Part shown: piece after piece, positions 62,705 through 64,000 of the stretch
Position numbering within the stretch: the stretch's first letter is position 1
Layout: the number at the start of each line of letters is the position of its first letter
Assembly (NCBI GenBank): GCA_030390025.1
Contig: CM059433.1
Coordinates: forward strand, 8,124,001 to 8,188,000
Direction: 5' to 3'
DNA: 64,000 nt
Origin: Squalus acanthias
Taxonomy: Eukaryota
The notes under the pieces: generated by a model
Seen by the model: only the letters and a program-made list of their open reading frames with translations
Told to the model about the DNA's origin: nothing
Databases searched by the model: none
Program-made: the position numbers and the translations under genes

Positions 62705-63249
62705 TTCAAGGAGTATAGTCACTACTCAGTCATTAGGCGATTGACAAGCACCGTATGAAAACAGGTAAAAGTAATTGAATTGCACCAACTTGAGAAACTC
62801 CGTGCTGAGGGTTGATTTTACCATCAGCGACCGTAAAAGGAGACATTTAAAATATAATTCCTCATTTTCCAAAACAGGAGCATTGGAGAGGTCATTCAGC
62901 ATCTCAAAGAGAAAAACAGGGTTAATATTTCCGGTGGGCTCCTTGATTAGAACCAGCATGGTCAGGTTGGGAAGCAACAGCAAATCAAACTGGGGGTAGA
63001 ACAAACAGATGGAGGTCAAGAGTACAGATCCACTGACTATATTCAGAAAGAGGCAGCTAAAAGTTTAATAGCCTGTAATTAGAGCTAAAACACTGGAAAG
63101 AGGTGTAACGTGTTAGATGCTATATAAAAAAGTCTTCTCAGTTACTTCTCTTTATCTCTACTATATAATTTGATTTTATTCAATCGTAAATGTTGCATTT
63201 GCCCACACATCGCTGGTCATGCTGTGCCAGCCCCTAGCCCGTATTTTTA

Positions 63250-63785
63250 ATAGCTCACTGCACTCTGGGATGGTTTCCGCAGACTGGAAGGAGGCTAATG
63301 TAGTCCCCATCTTTAACTAGACGGACCCGGGTAACTATAGGCCCATTAGTTTGACATCAGTAAGAAAGAAGAAAGAAAGACTTGCATTTATATAGCGCCT
63401 ATTCACGACCACCGGACATCTCAAAGCGCTTTACAGCCAATGAAGTACTTTTGGAGTGTAGTCACTGTTGGAATGTGGGAAACGCGGCAGCCAATTTGCG
63501 CACAGCAAGCTCCCACAAACAGCAATGTGATAATGACCAGATAATCTGTTTTTGTTATGTTGGTTGAGGGATATATATTGGCCAGGACACTGGGGATAAC
63601 TCCCCTAGTAATAGGAAAGATGCTTGAGGGAATCATTAGGGATGCAATATATGATTTCATGGATAGAGAGGGACATATTAGGGATACCCAACATGACTTC
63701 ACAAAAAGGAGGTCATGCCTTACAAAGCTAAATGTATTTTTTGAAGAAGTTACGAAGTTGGTGGATGAGGGAAGCCCAGTAGACA
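63250..63785 (+). mobile_element. Old CR1 RT fragment split by an antisense SacSINE1-like fragment (63363-63605)
   Basis: DWKEANVVPIF..NYRPISLTS / VIGKMLEGIIRD..FFEEVT. Confidence 0.8.
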
Positions 63786-64000
63786 TGGCAACACGGTGGC
63801 ATAGTGGTTAGCACTGTTGCCTCACAGCGCCAGGGACCTGGGTTCGAATCTGGCCTCGGGTGACTGTCTGTGTGGAGTTTGCACATTGTCTGCGTGGGTT
63901 TGCTCCGGTTTCCTCCCACAGTCCAAAGATGTGCGGGTTAGGTTGATTTGGCTATGATAAATTGACCCTTTGTGTTAGGGGGATTAAATACACAGGGATA
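63786..64000 (+). mobile_element. HE1-type V-SINE
   Basis: TGGCATAGTGG A box, GGTTCGAATC B box, V-domain (tctgtgtggagtttgcac..gctccggtttcctcccacagtccaaagatgtgc). Confidence 0.85.

Noticed and set aside
62726..63019. Minus-strand 97-aa ORF with a plausible acceptor (ctacccccag)
   Set aside because: Peptide not recognised, weak donor and no partner exons; cannot be supported without RNA data

Overview
Eukaryotic, repeat-dominated DNA from a cartilaginous fish, most likely a shark (HE1-type V-SINE, SacSINE1/Deu-domain SINEs, HER1/CR1 LINEs). No host protein-coding gene could be identified with confidence, so the window looks intergenic or deep intronic. Nearly all long ORFs in the track are LINE fragments or satellite artefacts. 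Contents: many 5'-truncated CR1 and L2 copies, an RTE copy with a 5' inversion, Penelope-like (PLE) ends with minimal hammerhead ribozymes, several PIF/Harbinger MITE families with 3-bp TSDs, fossil Harbinger and hAT transposases, a ~1.47-kb solo LTR with a 4-bp TSD, and four tandem arrays. The most striking object is a near full-length (~3.2 kb after removing two nested insertions), single-ORF APE-RT LINE at 19208-23473. It starts with a tRNA-derived A/B-box head, is flanked as one unit by an ACATGA direct repeat, and has no TTTT (Pol III terminator) on its sense strand by my manual scan. It is a candidate autonomous, protein-coding retrotransposon transcribed by RNA polymerase III. All family names come from recalled similarity, not database searches, and boundaries without a TSD are approximate.
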